This document shows, piece by piece, positions 10,444-20,155 of a DNA stretch of 64,000 nucleotides. The position numbers and the translations under genes were made by a program. Source of the DNA: Candidatus Merdicola faecigallinarum (GTDB lineage: Bacteria > Bacillota > Clostridia > TANB77 > CAG-508); assembly GCA_018714565.1 (NCBI GenBank), contig DVNH01000027.1:1009-65008 (forward strand). The letters are read 5' to 3'. The notes under the pieces are model-generated. The model searched no databases. It saw only the letters and a list, made by a program, of their open reading frames with translations, and had not been told where the DNA came from. Position 1 is the first letter of the stretch; every line of letters begins with the position of its first letter.

Positions 10444-10525
10444 TCTTAAAAACCTTTCTTGCCTTATTGTATCATATCTTTTTTTCTTTTTCTATCCTTT
10501 CTATTTAAAAATATAAATTTGTTTT

Positions 10526-11125
10526 TTATAGTGGCTTATAAGTTTTCGTTGGTTTATACTGACCATATACTCTACTTCCATAAATACTTTCTAATCTTTC
10601 TCTTTCTGTTAAGTTTTTCTTTTCTTTCTTTATTTTCACTTTTTCATTTAGCATTTTATTCATCTGATTTATTTTCTCTTTCTTTTCTCTTTCTTTCTCT
10701 TTTTTATATGCTCTTTCCTTGTTTTCCATTTCTTTCTGAATTTTCTTTGCTTTTATTGCTTCTTCTTTTCTTCTATTTATTTCCTCTTTTTTCTTATTTC
10801 TATTCTCTATTTTATTTTGTTTTGGTTCCATCCAACTATTTTCTTCTATCATTTCTAATTTTAAAATATCTGTTTTTTGTGGTAATAATTTAAATTTTTC
10901 TTTTTTATTTTCTCTCTTCTTTAAGAATGGCTTTTTTTCTTTTTCTACAAATCGAAACGTTACAACATAAGCTCCCCATTCATTTAAAGTCACATGGGCA
11001 GTTGCCGTTCTGTTTTCAAATTTTTTCTTCGTTTCATCAATTTCTTTCATAATATCTTCTGCATTATATTGTTCTGAATCATAACAATATTCTAATATTT
11101 TTGCAGTCTTAGACATTTCTACCAT
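10526..11125 (-). CDS. Hypothetical Lys/Glu-rich protein
   Basis: 199-aa ORF with a long charged KE-rich C-terminal half. The plus-strand ORF 10459..10893 is its low-complexity shadow. Confidence 0.45.
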   Translation of the reverse strand: MVEMSKTAKILEYCYDSEQYNAEDIMKEIDETKKKFENRTATAHVTLNEWGAYVVTFRFVEKEKKPFLKKRENKKEKFKLLPQKTDILKLEMIEENSWMEPKQNKIENRNKKKEEINRRKEEAIKAKKIQKEMENKERAYKKEKEREKKEKINQMNKMLNEKVKIKKEKKNLTERERLESIYGSRVYGQYKPTKTYKPL

Positions 11126-11232
11126 CCTTTTTTAACTTTTCTCCTTATATATGTTAACATAATCTATTAATTTTATCAAGAGAAAATCACTAGAAAAAGA
11201 AGTGGTATAGCCACTTCTCTTAATTTTTTCTT

Positions 11233-12225
11233 TTAATTAATGCAAATTTTCTTTTTTCTTAACCAAATTAATGTATCTTTAATGGTTTCATAAATATCAC
11301 GTGGATGATAATTTAGTGTTTTCGATGCTTTTTCATGAGAAAATCGATCATTGCTTTTTAATGTATACAAAGAATATTTAGTATATAAAGGTCTTTGCTT
11401 TTTGATTCTTGAATAAATTCGAATCCCAGGTAAAAACATCTTTGCCATCCAAACTGGCAATGTTGGAACTTTTCTACAATGTTTTATTTTGCGAATTATT
11501 TTTAAAATATCTTTTATTTCATAATGCTTATTCGATAAAATATAGCATTCTCCTATTTTCCCTGTTTTTGTTGCCTGTATACAAGCCTGTGCAACATCTC
11601 TTACATCTACAAAATCATATCCACCTTTTACACAAGCAGGAAGTTTTTTGTTTGCATAATCAATAATTAATTGAATTAAGTGATTTTCTTCTCCTCCATA
11701 TGGTCCAATAATTCCAGATGGATGCACGACAACTGCAGGAAGTCCATTTTTTACTTCATCTAATACAATTTGTGTTGCCATCGCTTTAGTTTTTGCATAT
11801 TCCCCATGTACTTCCCCTGCAGAAAAATGATCTACCTCTTTAATTATTTCTTCTTTCTTTTTTTCGGGTATTGCATGAACAGAACTAACATAAACAAATT
11901 TTGACACGTGAAATTTTAAGCACAAATGAATTAAATTTTTTGTTCCTCCTACGTTTACTTGATATACCTTATCCGATACTTGATCTGAAATACTAATAAT
12001 CCCTGCTGTATGAATCACTATTGTTTCGTAACCTTCTTTATCTTTAAAAAGTGGAATTAAAGACTCCTTTTGAGTTAAGTCTCCTTTTACATATTCAATA
12101 TCTTCTTTCTCTACTTGGTTTGGCAAAATCAATCCTCTTATTTTTTCTCCTTGTTGTTTCAACATTCGAATAATGGTGTTTCCTAAATGACCAGCAGCAC
12201 CAGTTATGATATATAATCTTTTCAT
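11233..12225 (-). CDS. NAD-dependent epimerase/dehydratase (extended SDR family)
   Basis: Rossmann motif ITGAAGHLGN. The likely start is ATG 12225 (MKRLYIITG), after AAGGAGGTGGC. It is divergent from a TetR gene. Confidence 0.8.
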   Translation of the reverse strand: MKRLYIITGAAGHLGNTIIRMLKQQGEKIRGLILPNQVEKEDIEYVKGDLTQKESLIPLFKDKEGYETIVIHTAGIISISDQVSDKVYQVNVGGTKNLIHLCLKFHVSKFVYVSSVHAIPEKKKEEIIKEVDHFSAGEVHGEYAKTKAMATQIVLDEVKNGLPAVVVHPSGIIGPYGGEENHLIQLIIDYANKKLPACVKGGYDFVDVRDVAQACIQATKTGKIGECYILSNKHYEIKDILKIIRKIKHCRKVPTLPVWMAKMFLPGIRIYSRIKKQRPLYTKYSLYTLKSNDRFSHEKASKTLNYHPRDIYETIKDTLIWLRKKKICIN

Positions 12226-12404
12226 ACAAGCCACCTCCTTTTTGTACACCGTGTTGATTTTCTTTCTTATATGTATTATAATACTATTAAAGTTGATATT
12301 CAATCATCAATATTTTTTGGATTGCATCATGTTCTACATCATCATGCTTATTGTATATTATTGAACATTTTCAATATGTTTGTTGATAAATAGAGGTGAT
12401 TCTA

Positions 12405-12980
12405 ATGAAAGAAAATGATCAAAGAGTAAGAATTACAAAATTATTAATTAAAAAGACCTTTACAGAATTGTTGACCAAAAAACCAATTCAAAAAATTTCT
12501 GTAAAAGAACTTTGTGAAAAAGCTGGAATTAATAGAGGAACTTTTTATAGCCATTATGAAGATATTTACGACTTGTTAGAAAAAATAGAAAATGAAATGC
12601 TAGAAGAATTTAAAATTCAATTGTCTCCTATTTTAACTTCTTCCGAAGCTGATTTAACATCCCTTGATTTCTTTATTAGTATTTTCAAATTTTTAGCAAA
12701 TCATTCTGATATTTGTATTATTATGTTTAGTGAAACCGGAGATAAAACTTTTGTGGCAAAAATGTTAGAGCTAGGAAAAGCTCAATGCATCTCTGCTTAT
12801 ACCAAACATTTTAAAAATGCTTCTCCAGATCAAATTGAACACTTTTATTCTTTTGTAAGTGCTGGGTGTATTTCTATTTTAGTAAAATGGCTAGAAGGTG
12901 GTATGAAAGATTCCATTGACGATCTGGCAAAAACAACAGAGGAATTAATTTCTTGTACCATTAAATATTTAGAAAGTTAA
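12405..12980 (+). CDS. TetR/AcrR-family transcriptional regulator
   Basis: N-terminal HTH SVKELCEKAGINRGTFYSHY. ATG 12405 lies 8 nt after AGAGG. Confidence 0.85.
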   Translation: MKENDQRVRITKLLIKKTFTELLTKKPIQKISVKELCEKAGINRGTFYSHYEDIYDLLEKIENEMLEEFKIQLSPILTSSEADLTSLDFFISIFKFLANHSDICIIMFSETGDKTFVAKMLELGKAQCISAYTKHFKNASPDQIEHFYSFVSAGCISILVKWLEGGMKDSIDDLAKTTEELISCTIKYLES

Positions 12981-12987
12981 AAATAAA

Positions 12988-13023
12988 AGGCCGAATATGA
13001 AACGAAACATTCATATTCGGCTT
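12988..13023 (+). terminator. Rho-independent terminator after the TetR gene
   Basis: Hairpin AAGGCCGAATATGA / TCATATTCGGCTT followed by CTTTTAT, which runs straight into repeat copy B. Confidence 0.7.
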
Positions 13024-13134
13024 CTTTTATTACATAGGAAATTTCGTCAGAAATTTCTGAAGTAACAAGGTTAAGTTACATTAGTCTGTGCGATTACGAA
13101 GTAATCTGTATATATGGCAAATTCACTTTTCTTA
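13024..13134 (-). repeat. Dispersed multi-hairpin repeat, copy B (opposite orientation)
   Basis: Reverse complement of the family consensus. The GATTGC/GCAATC stem is replaced by GATTAC/GTAATC, a compensatory pair. The TAA of its TAAGAAAAG end is the stop codon of the 13132.. gene. Confidence 0.8.
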
Positions 13135-14338
13135 TAATTCTACCTCTTCTAATAGCTTATTTAATCTGTTGGTAATTTCATTCATGAATTTTAAAGCAGA
13201 ATAACAGGTAAATAGATATTCTTTATCCATAGATTTTCCAAATATCTTAGGTTCGAACATAGGTCCTGTAAAAAAACGGAAAAAGATATGATTTTCTTTT
13301 ATTACGATTTCAAATTTTAACTTTTTATAGAATTCTGCTAAATATTCCATTGTATCTATTGTTAATAATCTTAATGTTAAAATTTTATCCTCTGAATATA
13401 CATTAAAAATTTCTTCAAATTCTGCATGATCTGTTTCTACTCTATCATTCCCTTTAAATATTCCTCCTGTAACATTCATAATGCTTTCATCCAGGTTTCC
13501 AACATTTTTATTTGTAATTCTTATATAAGTATTTAGTGTTTTTTTACAATCCATATAGGCAAACATACCTTGAAATAACGTTTCTACATTTGTATGCTTT
13601 CCCGATCTAGTAACTTGTTGTACATTAATATCACACATTTGAAATTTAACATCATTCTCCGTATTTCCTTGTATATAATCATCTGTAAAGAATCGATTAA
13701 AAGTTCTTCCATCAAAATTTGCCTTTTCATAGCTTTTTCTTGCCTCAATCCCCAATGTTTCATAAGCTTCTGTTGTTTTATAAGTTAAATTTGGATATAA
13801 CCCTTTTATAAAATTTGAAATAATTTCATCTTTATATACTTTTATATATTTTCTCTTATATTTTTGATTTACAAAAAGAAGAACTACACTCGAAATAAAA
13901 AGTATAAAACAAAGAATTGGCAACATTCCTCTAATAGAATTCGGAATAATGGAGCTTCCTCCGTAACATAATTATGATAACAAATACAGCTAATAATCCA
14001 TATTGAATTATCATACGAATCTTTACTTTCTCTCTTATCTTTTCTAATTGAATCATATGATTTTGATATAGCTCTTGATACAATCCATCAAATTGTTCTT
14101 GCTTACCTTCTTCTAGACTTACGTATTCTTGTTTTGCCATTTCTTTTCTTTTTTTATTTCCTATAATTTTAGGACTAACTGCTGCAAATACTACATATAG
14201 CATAACAACAATATTAATCAATAATCCATATTTTTGAAAAATCATCATCATTGTATCTATTGGAACAACAAAGAAGCTTCCAATTAATACAATAATTAAT
14301 ACAAGCATAAATCCAAATCGAATTAACGAGTCTCTCAT
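13132..14338 (-). CDS. DUF3137-like membrane protein, contiguous only if the frame shifts +1 at in-frame CGG 13963..13961
   Basis: ORFs 13931..14338 and 13132..13926 join as ...IIIML-[C]-GGSSIIPNSIRGMLPILCF... to give 401 aa (N-terminal TM region plus the downstream domain). A LemA gene is adjacent, a common DUF3137 neighbour. Confidence 0.6.
13961..13963 (-). other. In-frame CGG recoding/frameshift site 1
   Basis: mRNA reads AUG UUA CGG AGG AAG. The zero frame stops 10 codons later. The +1 frame reads GGA GGA AGC and runs into the next ORF. Confidence 0.6.
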
Positions 14339-14463
14339 TTTTCTTCACCAAGTTTATTGTAACATTGAAACAATTCCTTGACAAGAATTATTTTGTCCTA
14401 TATTGTTTTTCTTTGTCGTTTATGGTAGAATTTTTTTAAAGAAATCGAAGGAGATATTGAACT

Positions 14464-14988
14464 ATGCCTATTGTTTTTTTTATTTTGATTATCTTATTAA
14501 TTCTTATTATTTTATTATATAATCATTTAATTCATCTAAGAAATAATGTACATCAAGCTAGAAGTGTGATCGATGTTTACTTACAACAAAGGTTTGATTT
14601 AATTCCTAATTTAGTGGAAGTAACCAAAGAATATTCACATTATGAAAGTTCTGTTTTAGAACATATTACTGAGTTAAGAACTTCTTTTCAAAAAGATAAA
14701 AATATAGAAGCTTGTAAAGAATTAAATTCTCAATATTTTAATCTAATTGCTCTAGTAGAAGATAATCCAAATTTAAAAGCTTCCGAGCAATTTATAAACC
14801 TTCAGAAATCACTTGTAAAAGTAGAAAGCGAGTTACAAGCTGCACGTAGACTTTACAATAACAATGTTACAAAATTTAATACTCAAATTACTATTTTCCC
14901 AAATAATTTACTTGCTCGCCTATTTCATTTCCAAGAATTTAGTCTATTTTCTTTAGATGGAGAAAAAGAGGTAAATATAAAATTTTAA
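14464..14988 (+). CDS. lemA: LemA-family protein
   Basis: N-terminal TM helix, then the typical LemA sequence (RFDLIPNLVEVTKEY..., RRLYNNNVTKFNT). Confidence 0.9.
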   Translation: MPIVFFILIILLILIILLYNHLIHLRNNVHQARSVIDVYLQQRFDLIPNLVEVTKEYSHYESSVLEHITELRTSFQKDKNIEACKELNSQYFNLIALVEDNPNLKASEQFINLQKSLVKVESELQAARRLYNNNVTKFNTQITIFPNNLLARLFHFQEFSLFSLDGEKEVNIKF

Positions 14989-14994
14989 AACAAA

Positions 14995-15105
14995 TAAGAA
15001 AAGTGGCTTCGCCACATGTACAGATTGCTTCGCAATCGCACAAACTAAAGTAACTTAACCTTGTTACTCCAGAAATTTCTTTCGAAATTTCCTACGTAAT
15101 AAAAA
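14995..15105 (+). repeat. Dispersed multi-hairpin repeat, copy C
   Basis: TAAGAAAAGTGGCTTCGCCACATGTACAGATTGCTTCGCAATCGCACAAACTAAAGTAACTTAACCTTGTTACTCCAGAAATTTCTTTCGAAATTTCCTACGTAATAAAAAG. Confidence 0.85.
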
Positions 15106-15140
15106 GTGGTATGAACAATTAATATTAATTCATACCACTT
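15104..15140 (-). terminator. Terminator after the GGGtGRT gene
   Basis: Hairpin AAGTGGTATGAA / TTCATACCACTT. The minus-strand T-run is shared with the start of repeat copy C. Confidence 0.65.
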
Positions 15141-15160
15141 TTCTTTCTAAGAATTCATTT

Positions 15161-16162
15161 TTATTTCATTGCTTCTTCTACTGCTACTGCTACTGCTACA
15201 GAAGCTCCAACCATTGGGTTGTTACCCATTCCAATTAATCCCATCATTTCAACATGAGCTGGAACAGAAGATGATCCTGCAAATTGTGCATCAGAGTGCA
15301 TTCTTCCCATTGTATCTGTCATACCATAAGAAGCTGGTCCTGCTGCCATGTTATCTGGATGTAATGTTCTTCCTGTTCCTCCACCAGAAGCTACTGAGAA
15401 ATATTTCTTTCCTTGTTCGATACATTCTTTCTTATATGTACCTGCTACTGGATGTTGGAATCTAGTTGGGTTTGTAGAATTTCCTGTAATAGAAACATCT
15501 ACACCTTCTAGATGCATAATCGCAACACCTTCTCTAACATCATTTGCACCATAGCATCTAACTTTTGATCTTTCACCATCTGAATATGGTATTTCTTCTA
15601 CTACCTTTACTTTTCCTGTAAAGAAATCAAATTCTGTTTTTACATATGTAAATCCATTAATTCTTGAAATTACTTGTGCTGCGTCTTTTCCTAACCCATT
15701 TAAAATAACTCTTAATGGTTCTTTTCTAACTTTGTTTGCAGATTTTGCTATACCAATAGCTCCTTCTGCAGCCGCAAAACTTTCATGTCCTGCTAAAAAT
15801 GCAAAACATTTTGTTTCTTCAGAAAGTAACATAGATGCTAAATTTCCATGTCCTAATCCAACTTTTCTATCATCTGCAACAGATCCTGGAATACAGAATG
15901 CTTGTAATCCTTCTCCTATCGCTTTTGCTGCATCTGCAGCCTTAGTACAACCTTTTTTAATTGCAATTGCTGCTCCTAATGTATATGCCCAAGCAGCATT
16001 TTCAAAACAAATTGGTTGTACTCCTTTTACGATTTCGTATGGATTAAATCCTTTGTCTGTACATATTTTTAATGCATCTTCGAAATCTTTTATTCCGTAT
16101 TTTTCCATTACTGGTTTAATTTGGTCTATTCTTCTTTCATAACTTTCAAATGTTACTGCCAT
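15161..16162 (-). CDS. GGGtGRT-family protein (uncharacterised conserved family)
   Basis: Contains the eponymous motif SGGGTGRTLHPDN. 333 aa, with a strong GGAGGTAAAATC RBS. Confidence 0.8.
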   Translation of the reverse strand: MAVTFESYERRIDQIKPVMEKYGIKDFEDALKICTDKGFNPYEIVKGVQPICFENAAWAYTLGAAIAIKKGCTKAADAAKAIGEGLQAFCIPGSVADDRKVGLGHGNLASMLLSEETKCFAFLAGHESFAAAEGAIGIAKSANKVRKEPLRVILNGLGKDAAQVISRINGFTYVKTEFDFFTGKVKVVEEIPYSDGERSKVRCYGANDVREGVAIMHLEGVDVSITGNSTNPTRFQHPVAGTYKKECIEQGKKYFSVASGGGTGRTLHPDNMAAGPASYGMTDTMGRMHSDAQFAGSSSVPAHVEMMGLIGMGNNPMVGASVAVAVAVEEAMK

Positions 16163-16173
16163 GATTTTACCTC

Positions 16174-16306
16174 CTACATTTCTAAAATCTTTCTTATTTC
16201 TTTTAGTAATTCATCTACTTTCGTATATGTTATCATTTCAAAATTTTTATTTCCTCGAATCATACCGGATACGTTCTCTGATAGATCCTGCAAAATATAT
16301 CTTCAT
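16174..16306 (-). CDS. Possible 43-codon ORF needing a +1 shift at in-frame CGG 16267..16265
   Basis: ATG 16306 lies 8 nt after the upstream stop. The product reads MKIYFAGSIRERI-[C]-GMIRGNKNFEMITYTKVDELLKEIRKILEM and ends at TAG 16176..16174 inside the RBS of the next gene, exactly filling the 150-bp gap. Confidence 0.35.
16265..16267 (-). other. In-frame CGG recoding/frameshift site 2 (tentative)
   Basis: mRNA reads CGU AUC CGG UAU GAU UCG AGG AAA UAA. The +1 frame GGU AUG AUU stays open for 30 codons. Confidence 0.35.
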
Positions 16307-16311
16307 ATATC

Positions 16312-17004
16312 TTATTCCTTTCTTGGATCTATTTTCTTAACAGCTTCATCAAATCTTCCATATGTTCCAGAAGCTTTTTCGATTGCTTCCATTGGATCCA
16401 TTCCTTTTTTGATATTATCCATCATTTTTCCCATATGAACATATTTATAACCAATGATTTGATCATCTTTATCTAATCCAAGTTCTACTATGTATCCTTC
16501 TGTTAATTGTAAATATCTTGGTCCTTTTAATGTACTTGAATAAATTGTTCCAACTTGTGATGTATGTCCTTTTCCTAAATCTTCAAGTCCAGCTCCTACT
16601 GGAAGTCCACCTTCTGAGAATGCTGTTTGTGTTCTTCCATATACGATTTGTAAGAATAATTCTCTCATTGCTGTATTTATGGCATCACATACTAAGTCTG
16701 TATTTAATGCTTCTAATATTGTTTTTCCTGTTAATATTTCTCCTGCCATAGCAGCTGAATGTGTCATTCCTGAACATCCAATTGTTTCGATTAAAGCTTC
16801 TTGAATCACTCCATCTTTTACATTTAATGTTAATTTACAAGCTCCTTGTTGTGGTGCACACCATCCAATACCATGTGTTAATCCAGAAATATCTTTTATT
16901 TCTTTTGCTTTAACCCATTTTCCTTCTTCTGGTATTGGTGCTGGTCCATGGTTTACTCCCTTTGCAACAGTACACATTTCTTCTAATTCTTTTGAATAAA
17001 TCAT
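16312..17004 (-). CDS. NifU/IscU-like domain protein, usual partner of GGGtGRT proteins
   Basis: The segment GACKLTLNVKDGVIQEALIETIGCSGMTHSAAMAGEILTGKTILEAL resembles the NifU N-terminal scaffold fold. The likely start is ATG 17004, after AAAGGAGC. Confidence 0.65.
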   Translation of the reverse strand: MIYSKELEEMCTVAKGVNHGPAPIPEEGKWVKAKEIKDISGLTHGIGWCAPQQGACKLTLNVKDGVIQEALIETIGCSGMTHSAAMAGEILTGKTILEALNTDLVCDAINTAMRELFLQIVYGRTQTAFSEGGLPVGAGLEDLGKGHTSQVGTIYSSTLKGPRYLQLTEGYIVELGLDKDDQIIGYKYVHMGKMMDNIKKGMDPMEAIEKASGTYGRFDEAVKKIDPRKE

Positions 17005-17052
17005 TTTAATTGCTCCTTTCAAAGTATTTATTTTATTATAAATTTTAATAAC

Positions 17053-17769
17053 TTAATTTTGAGTATCTTTTCTATCAAAATTCAAGATTTGATTTTTACT
17101 TTTTTCTTTCATTTCTATTTTTTCTTCTTTTAATTCTTTTTCTATTTTATTTGTTTCCTCTTTTTGATACATATTTTCGTTTTCTTCTTTTTCGTAATCG
17201 ATCACATTATGGGTTGAAGTCTTATAAATTCCTTCTATGTAAGTGTCTTTCATTTCATCCTGTTTCGCATCTTCGTTTTCCATATATTCCAAAATAATAC
17301 TTCTTTCTTTTTTATTATATGTATTAATCCCTGTTTTTAGATATTTATATCGAAAAACAAGATGTCTATCATAACTGCTATAAGCTGAGTTTACTAAGTC
17401 TGTAAAATCATATTCTACAATAAATTTAAAATTTTCAATTGATATTGTAATATTACTCCATGCTTTTTTATTTATTTCATAATATTCTTCTCTTAGTTTC
17501 TTTATTACTCCATAAAGCTCATCAGCTAATTTAAAGTATTTTGAATCTTCTATATTAAACTTAATAGGAACCTCGTATACATTGATTGGATCTTTTTTTA
17601 GAATTCCTTTGGGGAAATAGTAAAAAAACATTTCCCCAGTTTCTAAATTATTCATTCCTTCAATGACAGATGCATATAAATAAATTCTATCCCATTTTTC
17701 TGGAATCATATAAAATAGCTTTTGCTGAATTTCATTATAGAGTCTTTTCATTTTTAGCGTCGTTGTCAC
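17053..17769 (-). CDS. YezG/DUF600-like immunity-type protein with KE-rich C-terminal tail
   Basis: The N-terminal ~150 aa (LYNEIQQKLFYMIPEKWDRIYLYASV...MFFYYFPKG) resemble the DUF600/YezG antitoxin-immunity family. No cognate LXG toxin gene is nearby. Confidence 0.5.
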   Translation of the reverse strand: MTTTLKMKRLYNEIQQKLFYMIPEKWDRIYLYASVIEGMNNLETGEMFFYYFPKGILKKDPINVYEVPIKFNIEDSKYFKLADELYGVIKKLREEYYEINKKAWSNITISIENFKFIVEYDFTDLVNSAYSSYDRHLVFRYKYLKTGINTYNKKERSIILEYMENEDAKQDEMKDTYIEGIYKTSTHNVIDYEKEENENMYQKEETNKIEKELKEEKIEMKEKSKNQILNFDRKDTQN

Positions 17770-17797
17770 GTTAGTTTCCCCCTATATCTCCACTATT

Positions 17798-19330
17798 TTA
17801 CTCTCGAATTAAAAGACTTTCTCCTAACATTTCTTCTGGTTTTTCTAATCCCATAATATCTAACATTGTTGGAGCTAAATCTGCAAGTTTACCTGATTTT
17901 AATTTCACATCTTGCATTCCAACTAAAATAAGAGGAACAGGATTTGTCGTATGAGCAGTATGTGGTTCACCTGTTTTATAATCAATCATTTGCTCTGCAT
18001 TTCCATGATCTGCTGTAATCATTAAAACACCATTTTGTTTTTCTACTTCCTCTACTACTCTTGCAACACAACCATCTATAGTTTCAATTGCTTTAATGGC
18101 AGCTTCTAAATTTCCTGTATGTCCTACCATATCTGGATTTGCATAATTTAAAATAATTGTATCATATTTTTTCGATGCAATTGCTTCTACTACTTTATCT
18201 GTTACTTCTAGTGCACTCATTTCTGGTTGCATGTCATAAGTTTCTACCTTTGGTGAAGGTACTAAAATACGATCTTCCCCTGGGTATTGTTTTTCCTCTC
18301 CTCCATTGAAGAAGAATGTAACATGTGCATATTTTTCTGTTTCAGCAATTCTTAATTGGTTTAACCCTTTGCTACTTACATATTCTCCAAAAGTATTTAC
18401 TAATCTAGTTGGTTTAAATGCAATTTGTACATTTGGCATTGTGGCATCGTATTGTGTAAAGCATACATAATATAAATTTAATTTTTTCGTTTCAAATTCA
18501 TTAAATTCTGGATCTACTAATGTTCTAGTAATTTCTCTTGCTCTATCTGGTCTAAAGTTAAAGAAAATAACAGAATCATTTTCTCCAATTGTTGCAACTG
18601 GATTATTGTTACTACAAATAACAGTAGGTTCGATAAATTCATCAAATACTTCTTTTTGATAAGATTCTTCAATTGCAGCAACTGCTGTATTTGCTTTTTC
18701 TCCTATACCATTTACCATTGCATCATATGCTTTTTGAATACGATTCCATCTCTTGTCACGATCCATGCTATAAAATCTTCCAGAAATTGTAGCAATTTTT
18801 CCAATTCCTTTTTCTTTCATTTTTTCTTCTAATTGTAAGATGTAATTTTCACCTGATGCTGGTGGTGTATCTCTTCCATCCATAAAGCAATGTACATATA
18901 CATCTTCAAAATCTTTTCTTTTTGCTAATTCTAAGATTGCATATAAATGGCGATTGTGGCTATGAACTCCACCATCTGAAAGTAATCCTAAAATGTGTAA
19001 TTTCGAATGATTCTTTTTGCAATTTTCAATTGCCCCTACTAATTCTGGTATATTAAAGAAATCTCCATCTTCAATTGATTTTGTAATTCTTGTTAATTCT
19101 TGATATACAATCCTTCCAGCACCAATATTGGTATGTCCTACTTCTGAATTTCCCATTTGTCCATCTGGAAGTCCAACATTTAATCCGCTTGTATATATAT
19201 CGGTTGTTGGGCATGTTTTCATTAAACGATCAATGGTTGGAGTATTGGCTAATTCTACTGCATTTCCATCTTTATTTTTATTTTCTCCAAATCCATCTAA
19301 GATCATTAACATTGTGAGTTTATCTTTCAT
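17798..19330 (-). CDS. gpmI: 2,3-bisphosphoglycerate-independent phosphoglycerate mutase
   Basis: 510 aa with motifs GNSEVGHTNIGAGR and ITADHGNAE. Sits in the glycolytic gene context. Confidence 0.95.
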   Translation of the reverse strand: MKDKLTMLMILDGFGENKNKDGNAVELANTPTIDRLMKTCPTTDIYTSGLNVGLPDGQMGNSEVGHTNIGAGRIVYQELTRITKSIEDGDFFNIPELVGAIENCKKNHSKLHILGLLSDGGVHSHNRHLYAILELAKRKDFEDVYVHCFMDGRDTPPASGENYILQLEEKMKEKGIGKIATISGRFYSMDRDKRWNRIQKAYDAMVNGIGEKANTAVAAIEESYQKEVFDEFIEPTVICSNNNPVATIGENDSVIFFNFRPDRAREITRTLVDPEFNEFETKKLNLYYVCFTQYDATMPNVQIAFKPTRLVNTFGEYVSSKGLNQLRIAETEKYAHVTFFFNGGEEKQYPGEDRILVPSPKVETYDMQPEMSALEVTDKVVEAIASKKYDTIILNYANPDMVGHTGNLEAAIKAIETIDGCVARVVEEVEKQNGVLMITADHGNAEQMIDYKTGEPHTAHTTNPVPLILVGMQDVKLKSGKLADLAPTMLDIMGLEKPEEMLGESLLIRE

Positions 19331-19348
19331 ATATTTTACCTTCCTTTT

Positions 19349-20104
19349 CTATTCCTTATTGTAGTTTACAATTCCTGCAAATTCTTCTGCTTTTAGACTT
19401 GCTCCTCCAACTAATCCTCCATCAATATCGGATGTTGTAAATAATTCTTTTGCATTAGAAGCTTTAACACTTCCACCGTATTGAATAATTACTTTATTTG
19501 CTACTTCTTCTCCATAATTTTTAGCAATTTCTGCTCGAATTGCTTTAATAGATTCGTTTGCATCATCAGAAGTAGCTGTTTTTCCTGTTCCAATCGCCCA
19601 AATTGGTTCATAAGCAATAATTGTTTTTTCAACTTGCTCTTTACTTAAACCATCTAAGGCAAGTTTTGTTTGATTTGTGATAATATCCTTTGTTTTTCCA
19701 GCTTCTCTTTGTTCTAAACTTTCACCAACACAAACAATAGGAGTTAATCCAACACTATGAGCTTTTTTTACTTTCTTATTTACTGTTTCATCTGTTTCTG
19801 CAAAATATTGTCTTCTTTCAGAGTGTCCGATAATAACATATTGTACACCAATTGCTTTTAACATCTCACCTGAAATTTCTCCTGTATAAGCACCTTTTTC
19901 TTCCCAATGCATATTTTGTGCACCAATTTTAATATTTGTATTTTGGGCAGTTAATAATGCATAAAATAAATCTGTATATGGTACACATAGAACCACTTCA
20001 TTTTCTGTATCTTTTACCATTGGGACTAAATCTTCAATACATTTGATTGCTTCATTTGGAAGCATGTTCATTTTCCAGTTTCCTGCAATTACCTTTTTAC
20101 GCAT
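19349..20104 (-). CDS. tpiA: Triose-phosphate isomerase
   Basis: Motifs [15 protein letters not shown] and [11 protein letters not shown]. Confidence 0.95.
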   Translation of the reverse strand: MRKKVIAGNWKMNMLPNEAIKCIEDLVPMVKDTENEVVLCVPYTDLFYALLTAQNTNIKIGAQNMHWEEKGAYTGEISGEMLKAIGVQYVIIGHSERRQYFAETDETVNKKVKKAHSVGLTPIVCVGESLEQREAGKTKDIITNQTKLALDGLSKEQVEKTIIAYEPIWAIGTGKTATSDDANESIKAIRAEIAKNYGEEVANKVIIQYGGSVKASNAKELFTTSDIDGGLVGGASLKAEEFAGIVNYNKE

Positions 20105-20155
20105 ATTTTTTCTCTCCTTTTCTTTGCCATTTTCATGTCTATGATAAAGGCTATT

